Part shown: one piece after another, positions 1 to 10,639 of the stretch
How the letters are laid out: each line of letters opens with the position of its first letter
Numbering within the stretch: position 1 is the stretch's first letter
Source of the DNA: Pseudoalteromonas translucida KMM 520
GTDB taxonomy: Bacteria > Pseudomonadota > Gammaproteobacteria > Enterobacterales > Alteromonadaceae
DNA length: 32,000 nt
Direction: 5' to 3'
Assembly (NCBI RefSeq): GCF_001465295.1
Contig: NZ_CP011034.1
Location: 240,001-272,000, forward strand
The notes under the pieces: generated by a model
Database searches by the model: none
What the model was told of the DNA's origin: nothing
The model's input: only the letters and a program-made list of their open reading frames with translations
Made by a program: the position numbers and the translations under genes

Positions 1-50
1 TATGAAGGTGTTAAAAACACATATATTGGGTAAAAAACATGAATAATTTC

Positions 51-104
51 AATGACACCGGTATCATAAAAACGGCTATTTTTATGATACCGGTGTCATT
101 TTAA
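51..104 (+). terminator. Rho-independent terminator for a gene upstream of the window. It has a perfect 22-bp stem and a 6-nt loop.
   Basis: aatgacaccggtatcataaaaa (51-72) is the exact reverse complement of tttttatgataccggtgtcatt (79-100). The loop is cggcta. The stem runs into tttt on the + strand. Confidence 0.7.
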
Positions 105-110
105 AATTAT

Positions 111-135
111 AAAAAAGCCACATAGTATGTGGCTT
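111..135 (-). terminator. hslO terminator
   Basis: On the - strand this reads gaagccacatactatgtggcttttttat: a GC-containing hairpin followed by T6, 27 nt downstream of the hslO stop. Confidence 0.65.
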
Positions 136-161
136 CTTTATAATTTACTTTTAATGCGCGA

Positions 162-1007
162 TTAGTTAAAAATGTTTTTCACATCTTGCTCATCAAAAAG
201 ATAATCTTTTAGACAGTAATGGCAGCTAATTTTGATTTCGCCATGCTCAGCAACATCATCAAGTAGCGCTTGTTGGCCAATATTAACTAATGCAGTCATG
301 GTTTTTTCGCGGGTACAACCACACTTAAATTGAATGCTTTGTGGCTCAAACACACGCGGGTTATCTTCGTGGTACAAACGAGTTAGTACGGTGTTAGCAT
401 CAAGCTCTAATAGTTCTTCATCTTTAATGGTATGGCTAAGAGCTTCTAAATGGGCAAAGTCTTCAATAGATTTTTGTTTATCAACGGGTAAAACTTGTAA
501 AAATAAACCACTGGCTTTGGCATTCCCCTCGGTTGTATCGGTTGCAAACCAAAGACGCGTTTTTAATTGCTCTGATTGCTCAAAGTAAGCCTCTATACAT
601 TCACTTAAGGTTTCATGCTCTAAAGGTACTATACCTTGATAGCGCTCCCCTTTGGTTGGCGTAATAGTAATAACCATATAGCCTTGGCCTATCAACTCTT
701 TTACTGTGCTTCCTGTTACTTCACTTTGTAAGCGAGCTATACCACGCATGTTTTGTTTGTCGTCGCCATTAATTACCGCGTATTTAACCGGCCCATCACC
801 TTGTAGTTGAACAGCTATTTCGCCTTCAAATTTTAAGGTGGCTGTTAATAAACAGGTCGCAACAAGCAGTTCACCCAATAATGCTTTAACAGCATCAGGG
901 TAATTATGATTGGCGATCATTTCGTTGTAGGCATTCTCAATTTGTACGAGTTCGCCACGAACATCGAGATTGTCGAATAAATAACGGTGGAGTAAATCTT
1001 GTTGCAT
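162..1007 (-). CDS. hslO: Hsp33 redox-regulated chaperone
   Basis: 281-aa ORF. The C-terminal zinc centre CGC...(about 30 aa)...CHYC is typical of Hsp33. It lies 12 nt downstream of hslR, as in other gamma-proteobacteria. Confidence 0.9.
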   Translation of the reverse strand: MQQDLLHRYLFDNLDVRGELVQIENAYNEMIANHNYPDAVKALLGELLVATCLLTATLKFEGEIAVQLQGDGPVKYAVINGDDKQNMRGIARLQSEVTGSTVKELIGQGYMVITITPTKGERYQGIVPLEHETLSECIEAYFEQSEQLKTRLWFATDTTEGNAKASGLFLQVLPVDKQKSIEDFAHLEALSHTIKDEELLELDANTVLTRLYHEDNPRVFEPQSIQFKCGCTREKTMTALVNIGQQALLDDVAEHGEIKISCHYCLKDYLFDEQDVKNIFN

Positions 1008-1019
1008 GAGCGACTATAC

Positions 1020-1442
1020 CTAACTTAATTTCAATTTTAAAAGTTCGCGTCTTTGCTTCTTATCCGGTTTTTTATCCGGATGAGGTGCAAAAAGGCTATT
1101 ATTTTTGCGCGCGATAGAGTTTTCTTCGCGTTTAGCAATACTAGCATCAGATTCTTGATACAAGGTCTGTGCAATGGGGGCGCTTTGGCGTTTTTCAAGT
1201 ATTTTGAGCACAGTTACTATTTTTTCATCTACCCCTTGGGCTAATTTTATAGTTGCGCCTATTTCTACTATTTTGCCTGCTTTGGTACGCTGGCCATTAT
1301 AATGTACTTTTCCGCCTTGTACCATTTCGCGAGCCGCAGCACGTGTTTTATAAAATCGTGCCGCCCATAACCATTTGTCTAATCTAATTTTTAGCTCATC
1401 TTTATGTTCTAAATTAGGGTTAGCATTACTTTTTTTAGCCAT
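1020..1442 (-). CDS. hslR: Hsp15 ribosome-associated heat-shock protein (S4-like RNA-binding domain)
   Basis: 140 aa. It has the RLDKWLWAARFYKTRAAA...V..GKV.YNGQ S4-domain signature and a basic C-terminal tail. It forms an operon with hslO. Confidence 0.88.
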   Translation of the reverse strand: MAKKSNANPNLEHKDELKIRLDKWLWAARFYKTRAAAREMVQGGKVHYNGQRTKAGKIVEIGATIKLAQGVDEKIVTVLKILEKRQSAPIAQTLYQESDASIAKREENSIARKNNSLFAPHPDKKPDKKQRRELLKLKLS

Positions 1443-1651
1443 AAAGCACCTTTAATAAGTGTTTGCCTAGATTTTAAAATTTACCATAAAAGCTATTTGC
1501 GATGAAGGATTACTACAACAGCTGTTTTTATGCAGCGGCTAAATTAAAATCAATCTGTTTACAAAGTTTAATATTAGCATGCTTGTTGAATGAAAAATGA
1601 AAAGGTACTATGCATAGCGATTAGGTAAAAACTAAAATAAGAATACTATTT

Positions 1652-2593
1652 ATGGAACAGCAAGTTCAACAATTTAAACATTTTATAAGCCGTTTACCGC
1701 ATGCCAAATTGAGTGCGGTTGTTACATTATTAGTTGTTGTTTATATTGCTTTTTTATCGTCTAAACTCGTTTGGCTTATGTGGCCAAATCCTATTGTGTC
1801 ACCACTCACGCCAATCTACTACGGACAACATTCAACTGCAGCAAGTAACAATTACTCTCAACATATAATTGAGCAATTTATATTTGGTAAAATAATTGTT
1901 AAAAGCAAGAGCGATGATCACGCTGCAAAAGTTGTAAATGATGCCCCTGAAACGCGCTTAAGTATTAACCTTACTGGTATTGTTGCAGTAAGTAACGACG
2001 ATAAAGCGGGGCTCGCTATTATAGAGTCACAAGGCAAGCAAGAAACTTACCTAGTAGATGAAGCAGTGCAAGGGACGCGAGCTAAGCTAGCGCAGATATT
2101 ACCCGACCGCGTTATTTTAACGGTAAACGGACGATTTGAAACATTAATGTTAGATGGTCTCGACTTTACAAAAACGGTATCTATGCCGGTTTTAGCTGCG
2201 CGTGATGAAGCCGAAATGGGCCCACAATTAGGGCCTGCTCCAAGTGAGCAACAAATAGATATAACTGCCGATCCACACATTAAACAGGCTTTAATCGAAA
2301 CCCGCGAAGAGTTGCTCGAAGAGCCCGGTAAGTTATTTGACTATATTCGCGTGTCACAAGCGATGAGCGATGGGGAACTGATTGGTTATCGCTTGAGTCC
2401 AGGTAAAGAGCCTGAGCTATTTAAGCAGATGGGATTACAAAATAACGATTTAGCTGTTGCAATTAATGGCTATCAACTAACAGATTTAAAACAGGCCATG
2501 GCAGCCATTAATGAGCTGCGTAATAGTACAGATGCCACTATCACTATTGAACGTGATAACCAGCAAATAGACGTACAATTTAGTCTGCAATAA
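1652..2593 (+). CDS. gspC: Type II secretion system protein C (N-terminal TM anchor, HR domain, C-terminal PDZ)
   Basis: 313 aa. TM segment VVTLLVVVYIAFLSSKLVWLMW. PDZ-like C-terminus (GYRLSPGKEPELFKQMGLQNNDLAVAINGYQL). It lies directly upstream of the secretin gene. Confidence 0.85.
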   Translation: MEQQVQQFKHFISRLPHAKLSAVVTLLVVVYIAFLSSKLVWLMWPNPIVSPLTPIYYGQHSTAASNNYSQHIIEQFIFGKIIVKSKSDDHAAKVVNDAPETRLSINLTGIVAVSNDDKAGLAIIESQGKQETYLVDEAVQGTRAKLAQILPDRVILTVNGRFETLMLDGLDFTKTVSMPVLAARDEAEMGPQLGPAPSEQQIDITADPHIKQALIETREELLEEPGKLFDYIRVSQAMSDGELIGYRLSPGKEPELFKQMGLQNNDLAVAINGYQLTDLKQAMAAINELRNSTDATITIERDNQQIDVQFSLQ

Positions 2594-2616
2594 CTTAGCA
2601 TTGGAGTTTTAATATA

Positions 2617-4683
2617 ATGGTTCAGGCGCTACACCTCACAAAAATTAAAAAAGGGTTAGCTAAGTACGCAGCACTTTTTCTAGCAGCAAGCATTTCGTTT
2701 TCTGTTGCTGCTGTTGAATACGCTGCTAACTTTAAAGGCACTGATATTAATGAGTTTATTAATATTGTTGGTAAAAATCTTAATAAAACAATAATTATTG
2801 ACCCTAACGTACGTGGCAAAGTAAATGTGCGTAGTTATGAGTTAATGGGCGAAGCGCTTTATTATCAATTCTTTTTAAATGTATTAGAAGTTTATGGCTA
2901 TTCAGCCATTGAAATGGACAATAATATAATAAAAATTGAAAAAAGCTCGGATGCTAAAAAGTCAAACGTACCGCTAATTACTGATGGCAGTGAAGCCAGT
3001 GGCGATATGATGATTACCCGAGTTGTACGGGTTAAAAATGTGAGCGTGCAAGAGCTAGGTCCTTTGGTTCGTCAATTTAGCGACCAAAAAGATGGCGGCC
3101 ATGTTGCCAACTTTAATGCTGCAAACGTAATGATGCTCACCGGGCATGCTGCATCGGTAAACCGCTTAGTTGAAATAATACGCTCGGTTGATCAAGCGGG
3201 CGATAAGCGCGTTGATATTGTAAAGCTTAAATTTGCTACCGCAGATGATGTGGTATCTGTAGTTGATAATATTTATAAAGACAGCGGAAAAGGCAGTATT
3301 CCAGAATTTTTAATACCTAAAGTGGTTGCCGATGGCCGTACTAACAGCGTTATTGTTAGTGGTGAAGGCCAAGCACGCACCCGTGCTATTGAGCTTATTA
3401 AGCGCTTAGACGGTGAGCTTGAAAGCCAAGGGAACACTAAAGTATTTTATCTAAATTACGCAAAAGCAGAAGATTTAGTTAAAGTATTGCAAGGTGTTAG
3501 TAAGTCGCTAACAGATGACACTCAAGGCGGCAGCGTAACCAAGACACGTACTCGCAGTAACAACGAAACCAGCATAGAAGCCCACCCCGATTCAAACTCA
3601 TTAATTATTACAGCACAACCCGATACCATGCGCTCGCTTGAGTCAGTTATTGAGCGTTTAGATATTCGCCGTGCGCAAGTATTGGTTGAAGCAATTATAA
3701 TTGAGGTAATGGAAGGCGACGGTATTAACTTTGGTTTGCAGTGGATTTCTGAGCAAGGCGGTATGCTGCAGTTTAATAATGGCACAACTGTACCGGTTGG
3801 TGCGTTAGCTGTAGCGGCTGAGCAAGCACGCGATACTACCGTATCTAAAAATATAATTGGTACCGAAAGCGGCACAATTACTCAGGTTGATGAAACTACT
3901 AAGGGTGATTACGGCCCATTAGCATCATTACTCGGTGGCATTAACGGCTTAGCCATGGGGGTGATAAAAAATGATTGGGGCGCAATTGTTCAAGCCGTTT
4001 CGACCGATAGTAATTCAAATATTTTGGCGACCCCCTCTATTACTACTATGGATAATGAAGAAGCGTCTATTTTAGTGGGTCAAGAAGTACCCATAATTAC
4101 TGGCTCACAAACGGGTAGTAATAACGCCAACCCATTTCAAACCGTTGAACGCCAAGAAGTGGGTATAAAGCTTAAAGTAACCCCGCAAATTAACGATGGC
4201 TCTGCTGTACAGTTAACCATTGAACAAGAAGTGTCGAGTGTAAGTGGTGCTACAGCCGTTGATATTTCAGTTAATAAGCGTTCAATTAAAACCACAGTAA
4301 TGGCTGATGATGGCGGTATGGTGGTACTTGGCGGATTAATAGATGAAGACGTACAAGAGAGTGTATCTAAGGTGCCACTACTAGGCGATATTCCTATTTT
4401 AGGTCACTTATTTAAATCAACTAATACCACACGACGTAAGCGTAACCTGATTGTATTTATTCGCCCAACTATTATTCGCGACGGAATTAGCATGAATAAG
4501 TTGAGCTTTAATAAATATAACTTTATTCGTGGCGAGCAATTTAAGCAGCGCGAAGATGGTATAGAGTTAATGCCAAGAACCGACACCCCTATTTTACCCG
4601 AGTGGAATGATGAGCTAATACTGCCACCTACGTATGAAGAGCATTTACGTAAACAAAATGCACAAGAGCGTAAAGATGACTAA
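2617..4683 (+). CDS. gspD: Type II secretion system secretin
   Basis: 688 aa. It has a signal peptide ([15 protein letters not shown]), N0-N3 repeats and a secretin C-domain with [14 protein letters not shown]...[11 protein letters not shown]. Confidence 0.95.
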   Translation: MVQALHLTKIKKGLAKYAALFLAASISFSVAAVEYAANFKGTDINEFINIVGKNLNKTIIIDPNVRGKVNVRSYELMGEALYYQFFLNVLEVYGYSAIEMDNNIIKIEKSSDAKKSNVPLITDGSEASGDMMITRVVRVKNVSVQELGPLVRQFSDQKDGGHVANFNAANVMMLTGHAASVNRLVEIIRSVDQAGDKRVDIVKLKFATADDVVSVVDNIYKDSGKGSIPEFLIPKVVADGRTNSVIVSGEGQARTRAIELIKRLDGELESQGNTKVFYLNYAKAEDLVKVLQGVSKSLTDDTQGGSVTKTRTRSNNETSIEAHPDSNSLIITAQPDTMRSLESVIERLDIRRAQVLVEAIIIEVMEGDGINFGLQWISEQGGMLQFNNGTTVPVGALAVAAEQARDTTVSKNIIGTESGTITQVDETTKGDYGPLASLLGGINGLAMGVIKNDWGAIVQAVSTDSNSNILATPSITTMDNEEASILVGQEVPIITGSQTGSNNANPFQTVERQEVGIKLKVTPQINDGSAVQLTIEQEVSSVSGATAVDISVNKRSIKTTVMADDGGMVVLGGLIDEDVQESVSKVPLLGDIPILGHLFKSTNTTRRKRNLIVFIRPTIIRDGISMNKLSFNKYNFIRGEQFKQREDGIELMPRTDTPILPEWNDELILPPTYEEHLRKQNAQERKDD

Positions 4684-6241
4684 GGCGATTGAAGAGATAA
4701 ACCAAGATGTGGTTCATCCTAATACGCATCATCCGGACGAGCTATTAACCAGTGACGACTTAGTTGAGTTACCCGCTAAACGTTTGCCTTTTTCATACGC
4801 ACGGCGAGCCGGTGTACTGCTGAGTAAAAATAAAGAGCAGCGCATAGTGTATTACCGTGGCGAACTTGATATTGACGTACTGTTAGAAGTACGCCGTATT
4901 GCAGGGCATGGTTTTACGCTTGAGCAGCTTGCTGATGACAAGTTTGAGCTACTGCTAGAGGCTTCGTATCAGCGAGATAGTTCTGAAACGCAACAAATGA
5001 TGGAAGACATTGGCAACGAAGTTGACTTGTTTTCATTAGTAGACGAATTGCCACAAACCGAAGATTTATTGGCAGGCGATGATGATGCGCCAATTATTAA
5101 ACTTATAAATGCGATGCTCAGTGAAGCAATTAAAGAGGGGGCGTCTGATATTCATATTGAAACCTTTGAGCAAGAACTGGTTATTCGCTTTAGGGTTGAT
5201 GGTGTATTAAAAGAGGTACTTAAACCTAATCGGAAATTAGCATCCTTGCTAGTATCGCGAATTAAGGTAATGGCTAAGCTCGATATTGCCGAAAAACGTA
5301 TACCACAAGATGGCCGTATTAGTTTGCGTATTGCAGGGCGTGCGGTTGATGTACGGGTATCAACCATGCCATCGAGTTTTGGTGAGCGTGTTGTGCTGCG
5401 TTTACTGGATAAAAATAACGCGCACTTAAATCTTGAAGATTTAGGTATGACCGCACAAAACCGTGAATTGTTTGCAAATTTAATTAGTAAACCCCATGGC
5501 ATTATTTTAGTAACCGGGCCTACAGGCTCAGGTAAAAGTACCACCTTGTACGCAGGTATGAGTCAAATAAACTCTCGCGATCGTAATATTTTAACGGTTG
5601 AAGACCCCATTGAATACGAAATACCGGGCATTGGCCAAACGCAAGTAAATACTAAAGTAGGTATGACCTTTGCGCGTGGCTTGCGGGCTATTTTACGTCA
5701 AGATCCCGATGTAGTGATGGTTGGTGAAATACGCGACCTAGAAACCGCTCAAATTGGTGTGCAAGCATCATTAACCGGTCACTTGGTAATGTCTACGTTG
5801 CATACAAATACTGCTTCTGGCGCTATTACTCGTATGGAAGATATGGGAGTGGAGCCATTTTTACTTTCATCGTCGTTACTCGGTGTGTTATCGCAGCGAC
5901 TAGTACGTACACTGTGTAAAAGCTGTAAAAAAGAACATGTAGCCGATGAGCGCGAGTGCCAGTTATTAGGCGTACCGTTTGAAAGCAAACCAACAATACA
6001 CCGTGCAGTAGGGTGTGAGGCATGTAACTTTAATGGTTATAAAGGCCGTACAGGTATTCATGAGTTATTAGTGGTGGACGAAACCATTCGTGAAATGATC
6101 CACAATGGCAAGGGCGAGCAAAGCGTTGAAAAATACATTCGCAAGCTCAGTCCAAGTATTCGTCAAGATGGCTGTAGCCGTGTACTTGCAGGTAAAACAA
6201 CACTTGAAGAAGTATTGCGTGTTACCCGTGAGGAAGGCTAA
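4676..6241 (+). CDS. gspE: Type II secretion ATPase
   Basis: Walker [10 protein letters not shown], Asp/His boxes, and a tetracysteine motif CKSC...CEAC. I chose the ATG at 4676 (MTKAIEE), which overlaps the gspD stop by 8 nt. The track ORF starts at 4634, inside gspD. The ATG at 4658 cannot be excluded. Confidence 0.9.
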   Translation: MTKAIEEINQDVVHPNTHHPDELLTSDDLVELPAKRLPFSYARRAGVLLSKNKEQRIVYYRGELDIDVLLEVRRIAGHGFTLEQLADDKFELLLEASYQRDSSETQQMMEDIGNEVDLFSLVDELPQTEDLLAGDDDAPIIKLINAMLSEAIKEGASDIHIETFEQELVIRFRVDGVLKEVLKPNRKLASLLVSRIKVMAKLDIAEKRIPQDGRISLRIAGRAVDVRVSTMPSSFGERVVLRLLDKNNAHLNLEDLGMTAQNRELFANLISKPHGIILVTGPTGSGKSTTLYAGMSQINSRDRNILTVEDPIEYEIPGIGQTQVNTKVGMTFARGLRAILRQDPDVVMVGEIRDLETAQIGVQASLTGHLVMSTLHTNTASGAITRMEDMGVEPFLLSSSLLGVLSQRLVRTLCKSCKKEHVADERECQLLGVPFESKPTIHRAVGCEACNFNGYKGRTGIHELLVVDETIREMIHNGKGEQSVEKYIRKLSPSIRQDGCSRVLAGKTTLEEVLRVTREEG

Positions 6242-6243
6242 GA

Positions 6244-7479
6244 ATGGCAGCATTTGAATACCGTGCCTTAGATGGCCGAGGCAAAGAAAAAAAAGGCATT
6301 TTAGAAGCGGATACAGCAAAACAAATTCGCCAAATATTACGTGATCAAAAATTAACGCCGCTCGAAGTTGTACCCGCGGCGCAAAGTGATAAACAGGTTA
6401 AAGGCCAAAAAACGTCATTACTTGGCGGTTTGTTTAAACCTACTATATCAACCTCAGATTTGGCGCTTATAACTCGCCAGTTAGCAACGCTCATTCAATC
6501 GGCTCTGCCAGTTGAGGGGGCGGTAATGGCAGTGGCTGAGCAGTGTGAAAAACCACGTTTAAAACGCATGCTGATGTCGGTACGCTCAAAAGTAGTGGAA
6601 GGTTATACCCTTGCCGACGGTATGAGTGAGTTTCCGCATGTGTTTGACGATTTATACCGCGCTATGGTTGCCGCAGGCGAAAAGTCAGGGCATTTAGACC
6701 AAGTACTAAACCGGCTTGCCGATTACACCGAGCAGCGCCAATATATGCGCAGTCAAATAACGCAAGCTATGGTGTACCCCATTATTTTAGTGGTGTTTGC
6801 TATTGCAATTGTGTCGGTTTTATTAGGTACTGTGGTACCTAAAATACTTAAAACGTTTGAAAAAACCAAGCAAGTGCTCCCTTGGACCACTGAATGGGTA
6901 ATGGCGGGAAGTCATTTTGTACAAAACTATTGGTTTATTAGTTTAATTGTAATAACGGCCCTAGCGATAGGGATTAAGCATGCTTTAAAACAACCTAAAA
7001 TCCGTTTTTGGTGGGATGATAAAATATTGCATATGCCCGGCATCGGTAAAGTAGCTAGAGGTATTAATACCGCCCGTTTTGCCCGAACTTTAAGTATTTT
7101 ATCATCAAGCTCGGTACCGCTACTAGAAGGTATGCGTATTGCGGGTGGAGTGCTGCTCAACGAAAAAATTAAAAAAGCAGTTGCCGATGCAGCCGATAGA
7201 GTAAGCGAAGGGGCGAGTTTAAGAGCGGCATTACAGCAAACTAAATTGTTTCCGCCAATGATGCTACATATGATAGCCAGTGGTGAGAAATCTGGCGAGC
7301 TGGAGCAAATGTTAGAGCGCGCTGCTAATAACCAAGACCGCGAATTTGAAAGTATGGTTAATGTATCGCTAAAACTATTAGAACCCGCAATGATCGCCTT
7401 AATGGCGGTTATTGTATTATTTATAGTAATGGCAATTTTACAGCCAATTATGGCAATGAATAAAGCTGTAGGGCTTTAA
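6244..7479 (+). CDS. gspF: Type II secretion inner-membrane platform protein
   Basis: 411 aa with the duplicated GspF/PilC domain architecture and 3 hydrophobic segments. The SD gaggaagg overlaps the gspE stop. Confidence 0.93.
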   Translation: MAAFEYRALDGRGKEKKGILEADTAKQIRQILRDQKLTPLEVVPAAQSDKQVKGQKTSLLGGLFKPTISTSDLALITRQLATLIQSALPVEGAVMAVAEQCEKPRLKRMLMSVRSKVVEGYTLADGMSEFPHVFDDLYRAMVAAGEKSGHLDQVLNRLADYTEQRQYMRSQITQAMVYPIILVVFAIAIVSVLLGTVVPKILKTFEKTKQVLPWTTEWVMAGSHFVQNYWFISLIVITALAIGIKHALKQPKIRFWWDDKILHMPGIGKVARGINTARFARTLSILSSSSVPLLEGMRIAGGVLLNEKIKKAVADAADRVSEGASLRAALQQTKLFPPMMLHMIASGEKSGELEQMLERAANNQDREFESMVNVSLKLLEPAMIALMAVIVLFIVMAILQPIMAMNKAVGL

Positions 7480-7544
7480 CTTAAAAGTAAATTAATGGTT
7501 TAATAAACCATTGTTTAGTGTTTTTAGAATAATGAGGTAATTAC

Positions 7545-7967
7545 GTGAATAAACAATCAGGTTTTTCTTTGCTAGAAGTAATGGTAGTACTGGTTATCAT
7601 TGGCATGATCATGTCAATTGTGGCACCTAATATTATGGGTCAACAAGAAGAGGCCGCTATCGACAAAGCACACTTAGATATTCAGCAGCTTGAAGATGCA
7701 ATGAGCCTTTATAAGCTTAAAAATAAAAGCTACCCAAGTACCGAGCAAGGCCTAGAAGCATTGGTTAATAAAACCAGCATAGAGCCAATACCAAAACGTT
7801 TTCCAGATGGTGGCTTTATTAGTAAATTACCAGAGGATCCGTGGGGCAATACTTATCAGTTAATTAGCCCAGGAGAAATTGGTAAATTTGATATTTTTTC
7901 TTTAGGTCCAGATGGCCAAGCAGGCACCGATGACGACATTGGTAACTGGGACGAAGAAAAACAGTAA
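7545..7967 (+). CDS. gspG: Major pseudopilin
   Basis: GTG start with the SD tgaggt 6 nt upstream. Prepilin leader MNKQSG|FSLLEVMVVLVIIG. Conserved GspG C-terminus DPWGN.Y...PG..G.FD..S.G.DG..GT.DDI.NW. Confidence 0.95.
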   Translation: MNKQSGFSLLEVMVVLVIIGMIMSIVAPNIMGQQEEAAIDKAHLDIQQLEDAMSLYKLKNKSYPSTEQGLEALVNKTSIEPIPKRFPDGGFISKLPEDPWGNTYQLISPGEIGKFDIFSLGPDGQAGTDDDIGNWDEEKQ

Positions 7968-8016
7968 TGGCCATCAATCGCGCAGTGTATTTATATACTA
8001 ATACCCAGAGCTTACT

Positions 8017-8601
8017 ATGCAAGTAAGCCCTGGGAGATTGCGTGCAAAAAGCCGCGGCTTTAGTTTAATCGAAATTTTAGTGGTATTAGTGATCATCGCT
8101 TTTGCCACAAAAATGGTGGTATATAGCTTAGAAGGTGGCGCTGAGGATGAGTTAGATACTCAAGCGCTTAGGCTGCATACCACCATTAATATGGCATCAG
8201 AATTTGCTATTTTAAACCAAGTCGAACTGGGTTTTCATATAGACAACAACGTATTTGAGTTTTTAGTTTTTGATGGCGAAAAGTGGGTAAGTTTTGTCAG
8301 AGAAGCATTATTTGAGCCGGTTGAATTCGATCCACGTTTTAAACTAGCACTTAACCTAGACGACTTAGCTTGGGCACAAGATAACTTACTCGAGCAAGCA
8401 AATTGGCGTGAGCTAATGAGCGGCGACGAAGACAGCTTATTGGAGCTTAAAAAGTTTAAAATTCCGCAAGTGCTAATATTATCTTCGGGCGAAGTAAGTG
8501 CATTTCAATTAACACTCGAATTAAAAGAGCAAAGCGAGCCGGTTTACTTTATTGAAGGTGAGTTTACTGCGCCAGTGAATTTACGCCGAGAGCCCGAATA
8601 A
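8017..8601 (+). CDS. gspH: Minor pseudopilin H
   Basis: Prepilin motif RG|FSLIEILVVLVIIA, in operon position after gspG. The start is ambiguous: the ATG at 8017 gives a 14-aa leader, and an in-frame TTG at 8038 gives a classical 7-aa leader (MRAKSRG|F). Confidence 0.85.
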   Translation: MQVSPGRLRAKSRGFSLIEILVVLVIIAFATKMVVYSLEGGAEDELDTQALRLHTTINMASEFAILNQVELGFHIDNNVFEFLVFDGEKWVSFVREALFEPVEFDPRFKLALNLDDLAWAQDNLLEQANWRELMSGDEDSLLELKKFKIPQVLILSSGEVSAFQLTLELKEQSEPVYFIEGEFTAPVNLRREPE

Positions 8602-8978
8602 TGCGCCAGTATAATAAAGGTTTTACTTTACTTGAAGTGCTAGTGGCATTGAGTATTTGTGCCATGGCAGGTATTGCAGCAATGCAAGCAACCAGTGAGC
8701 ACATACATCATCTATCTAGCATAGAAGAGCAAACTTACGCCTCATGGGTTGCCGAAAACATTATGGTAGAGCAGCGTACCAAAGGCGAACAATGGGAAGG
8801 GAAAGACGGCATGCGCGGTAGTGAAGTTATGGCGGGTGTTGAATGGTTTTGGCGCCAAGATATAGGCAAAACCGCAGATAAAGACTTTGTAAAATTAACC
8901 ATTAATATATTTAGTGATGAAAAATACGAGCACTCAGTATATGAGCTGGCAACGTATTTAAATAAAGGCAAAAAATAA
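8601..8978 (+). CDS. gspI: Minor pseudopilin I
   Basis: 125 aa. Leader KG|FTLLEVLVALSI. TAATG overlap with gspH. Confidence 0.88.
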   Translation: MRQYNKGFTLLEVLVALSICAMAGIAAMQATSEHIHHLSSIEEQTYASWVAENIMVEQRTKGEQWEGKDGMRGSEVMAGVEWFWRQDIGKTADKDFVKLTINIFSDEKYEHSVYELATYLNKGKK

Positions 8979-9653
8979 GTGAAGCAACGCGGATTTACCT
9001 TACTTGAAGTGATGGTAGCCTTGGGTATTTTAGGCTTTGTTATTATGGCCACGCACCAAATACTAGATACCACGACCCGCGCAAAAGAAGCTTCGGATGA
9101 TAAAATAGCCGAGCTAAATGGTTTGCAAACCACCTTTAGGTTAATGGATCAAGATTTTAGTCAAATGACCAAACGTGCTGTACGCAATGAAGCAGGCGAT
9201 GTGCAAGAGCAGTATTTGCTAGCCGGACGCTATGTTTTAGATAGCCAATATGATGGCATTGGCTTTGTACGCGACGGCTGGATAAACCCAATTAATTTAT
9301 TACCACGTTCAGAATTACAAGCTGTGGGTTATCGCGTAATAAACGACAACTTGGAGCGAGTGTACCGTGTATATGTTGATCAGCTTGATAATATGGAGCC
9401 GCGTGTACAGGTTGTTTTAAAAAATATTGAAGAGCTAAAGTTTGAGTTTTTAGACGATAAAAACGTATGGCAAGCTAAGTGGCAAATTAAAGCGCTCCCC
9501 AAAGCGGTTGCTGTTACGCTGCAACAAATTGAGGCAGAACCAATTAGGCGAGTATTTTTAGTGCCAGGACAAGGTAAAGAGATTCTACCATCGAGCCCAT
9601 CAACAGATGATGCACTGGCTGATGAAGCTAACCCGCAAGAAGGTGGGCAGTAA
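8979..9653 (+). CDS. gspJ: Minor pseudopilin J
   Basis: 224 aa. GTG start immediately after the gspI TAA. Leader QRG|FTLLEVMVALGI. Confidence 0.88.
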   Translation: MKQRGFTLLEVMVALGILGFVIMATHQILDTTTRAKEASDDKIAELNGLQTTFRLMDQDFSQMTKRAVRNEAGDVQEQYLLAGRYVLDSQYDGIGFVRDGWINPINLLPRSELQAVGYRVINDNLERVYRVYVDQLDNMEPRVQVVLKNIEELKFEFLDDKNVWQAKWQIKALPKAVAVTLQQIEAEPIRRVFLVPGQGKEILPSSPSTDDALADEANPQEGGQ

Positions 9654-10639
9654 TGGGGCTGCGTTCTTCTCGTGGAGCCGCACTTGTTATTGTGCTGTTT
9701 ATTGTTGCCTTAGCGGCCATTTTAGCAGTCGAAATGAGTGCTAATTTAATGGTGCAAGTGCAAAAAAGTACTAACTTACAGGGCCATCAACAAGCTAAGT
9801 GGTATGCCTATGGTGCAGAAGAGCTCGCCATAAAAGCGCTGATTAAAAGCAAAAGAGACGATCCTGACAAAACCACGTTAGATCAAGTTTGGGCGCAGCA
9901 AGGCGATATACCTTACCCAGTTGATAACGGCACGCTAAGCGGAAAAATAACGGATTTACAAGCATGTTTAAACTTAAACGCTGTAGCCGTAGAACCAGAT
10001 TTAAATAGTGCTAACAAAACCAATCCAGCGCACAAGGCCTTGTTCGCATTACTTGAAAATATTGAAGACTTACCAGCACAAGAGTCAGAGGAAACCATGG
10101 CTGACAGTGTGTTTGATTGGTTAGACGAAAACAGCATTACATACCGATCAGGAGCTGAGGAGGGGGAATACTTGTCGCGTCAATTTCCGTACATGACTGC
10201 TAATAGCTTATTTGCATCAACCTCAGAGCTGCGTTTGGTTAAAGGTTTTAATCCATTAGTAATGGAAAAAGTGCTGCCTTATGTTTGTGTAATACCCGGT
10301 AGCACTTTATTGTCTATTAATGTGAACACCTTAGCAGCAGAGCAAGCACTTATTTTAAGTACCCTAATAGATGAGCTAAGTGTATCGGGTGCTGAAGCTG
10401 TGATTGCTGCTCGCCCAGATGCAGGCTTTGAAAGTAAAGCTGCCTTTTTTGAGCAAGTTCAGCAGCAAGGCGGGCAAAACGTCAAAGCGGTAGAAAAATT
10501 GTTTAGTATTAATAGCGAATATTTTAAATTACAAACGCAGGCAAATTTTGTTGATCTGCGTTTTTCGATGACCACATTACTGCACGCCAAAGACGGCGAC
10601 GTAACGATACTGGCGCGAAAATTTGGAGGCGTACAGTGA
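9653..10639 (+). CDS. gspK: Minor pseudopilin K
   Basis: 328 aa. N-terminus RGAALVIVLFIVALAAIL lacks Glu+5, as is usual for GspK. TAATG overlap with gspJ. Confidence 0.88.
   Translation: MGLRSSRGAALVIVLFIVALAAILAVEMSANLMVQVQKSTNLQGHQQAKWYAYGAEELAIKALIKSKRDDPDKTTLDQVWAQQGDIPYPVDNGTLSGKITDLQACLNLNAVAVEPDLNSANKTNPAHKALFALLENIEDLPAQESEETMADSVFDWLDENSITYRSGAEEGEYLSRQFPYMTANSLFASTSELRLVKGFNPLVMEKVLPYVCVIPGSTLLSINVNTLAAEQALILSTLIDELSVSGAEAVIAARPDAGFESKAAFFEQVQQQGGQNVKAVEKLFSINSEYFKLQTQANFVDLRFSMTTLLHAKDGDVTILARKFGGVQ

Noticed and set aside
1-33. Possible 3' end of a + strand CDS (...YEGVKNTYIG*) ending at 33.
   Set aside because: Only 10 codons are visible, so neither frame nor identity can be supported. 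It is noted only because the terminator at 51-104 implies that a + strand gene ends nearby.
1443-1651. sigma32 promoter for hslR-hslO in the divergent hslR/gspC intergenic region.
   Set aside because: I could not find a CTTGAA...CCCCAT pair on the - strand, so no promoter call is made.
4634-4675. Upstream ATG starts (4634, 4658) for gspE.
   Set aside because: They extend the ORF 14 codons into gspD. The ATG at 4676 gives the usual ATG/stop-overlap coupling and an N-terminus of normal length. 4658 remains a formal possibility.
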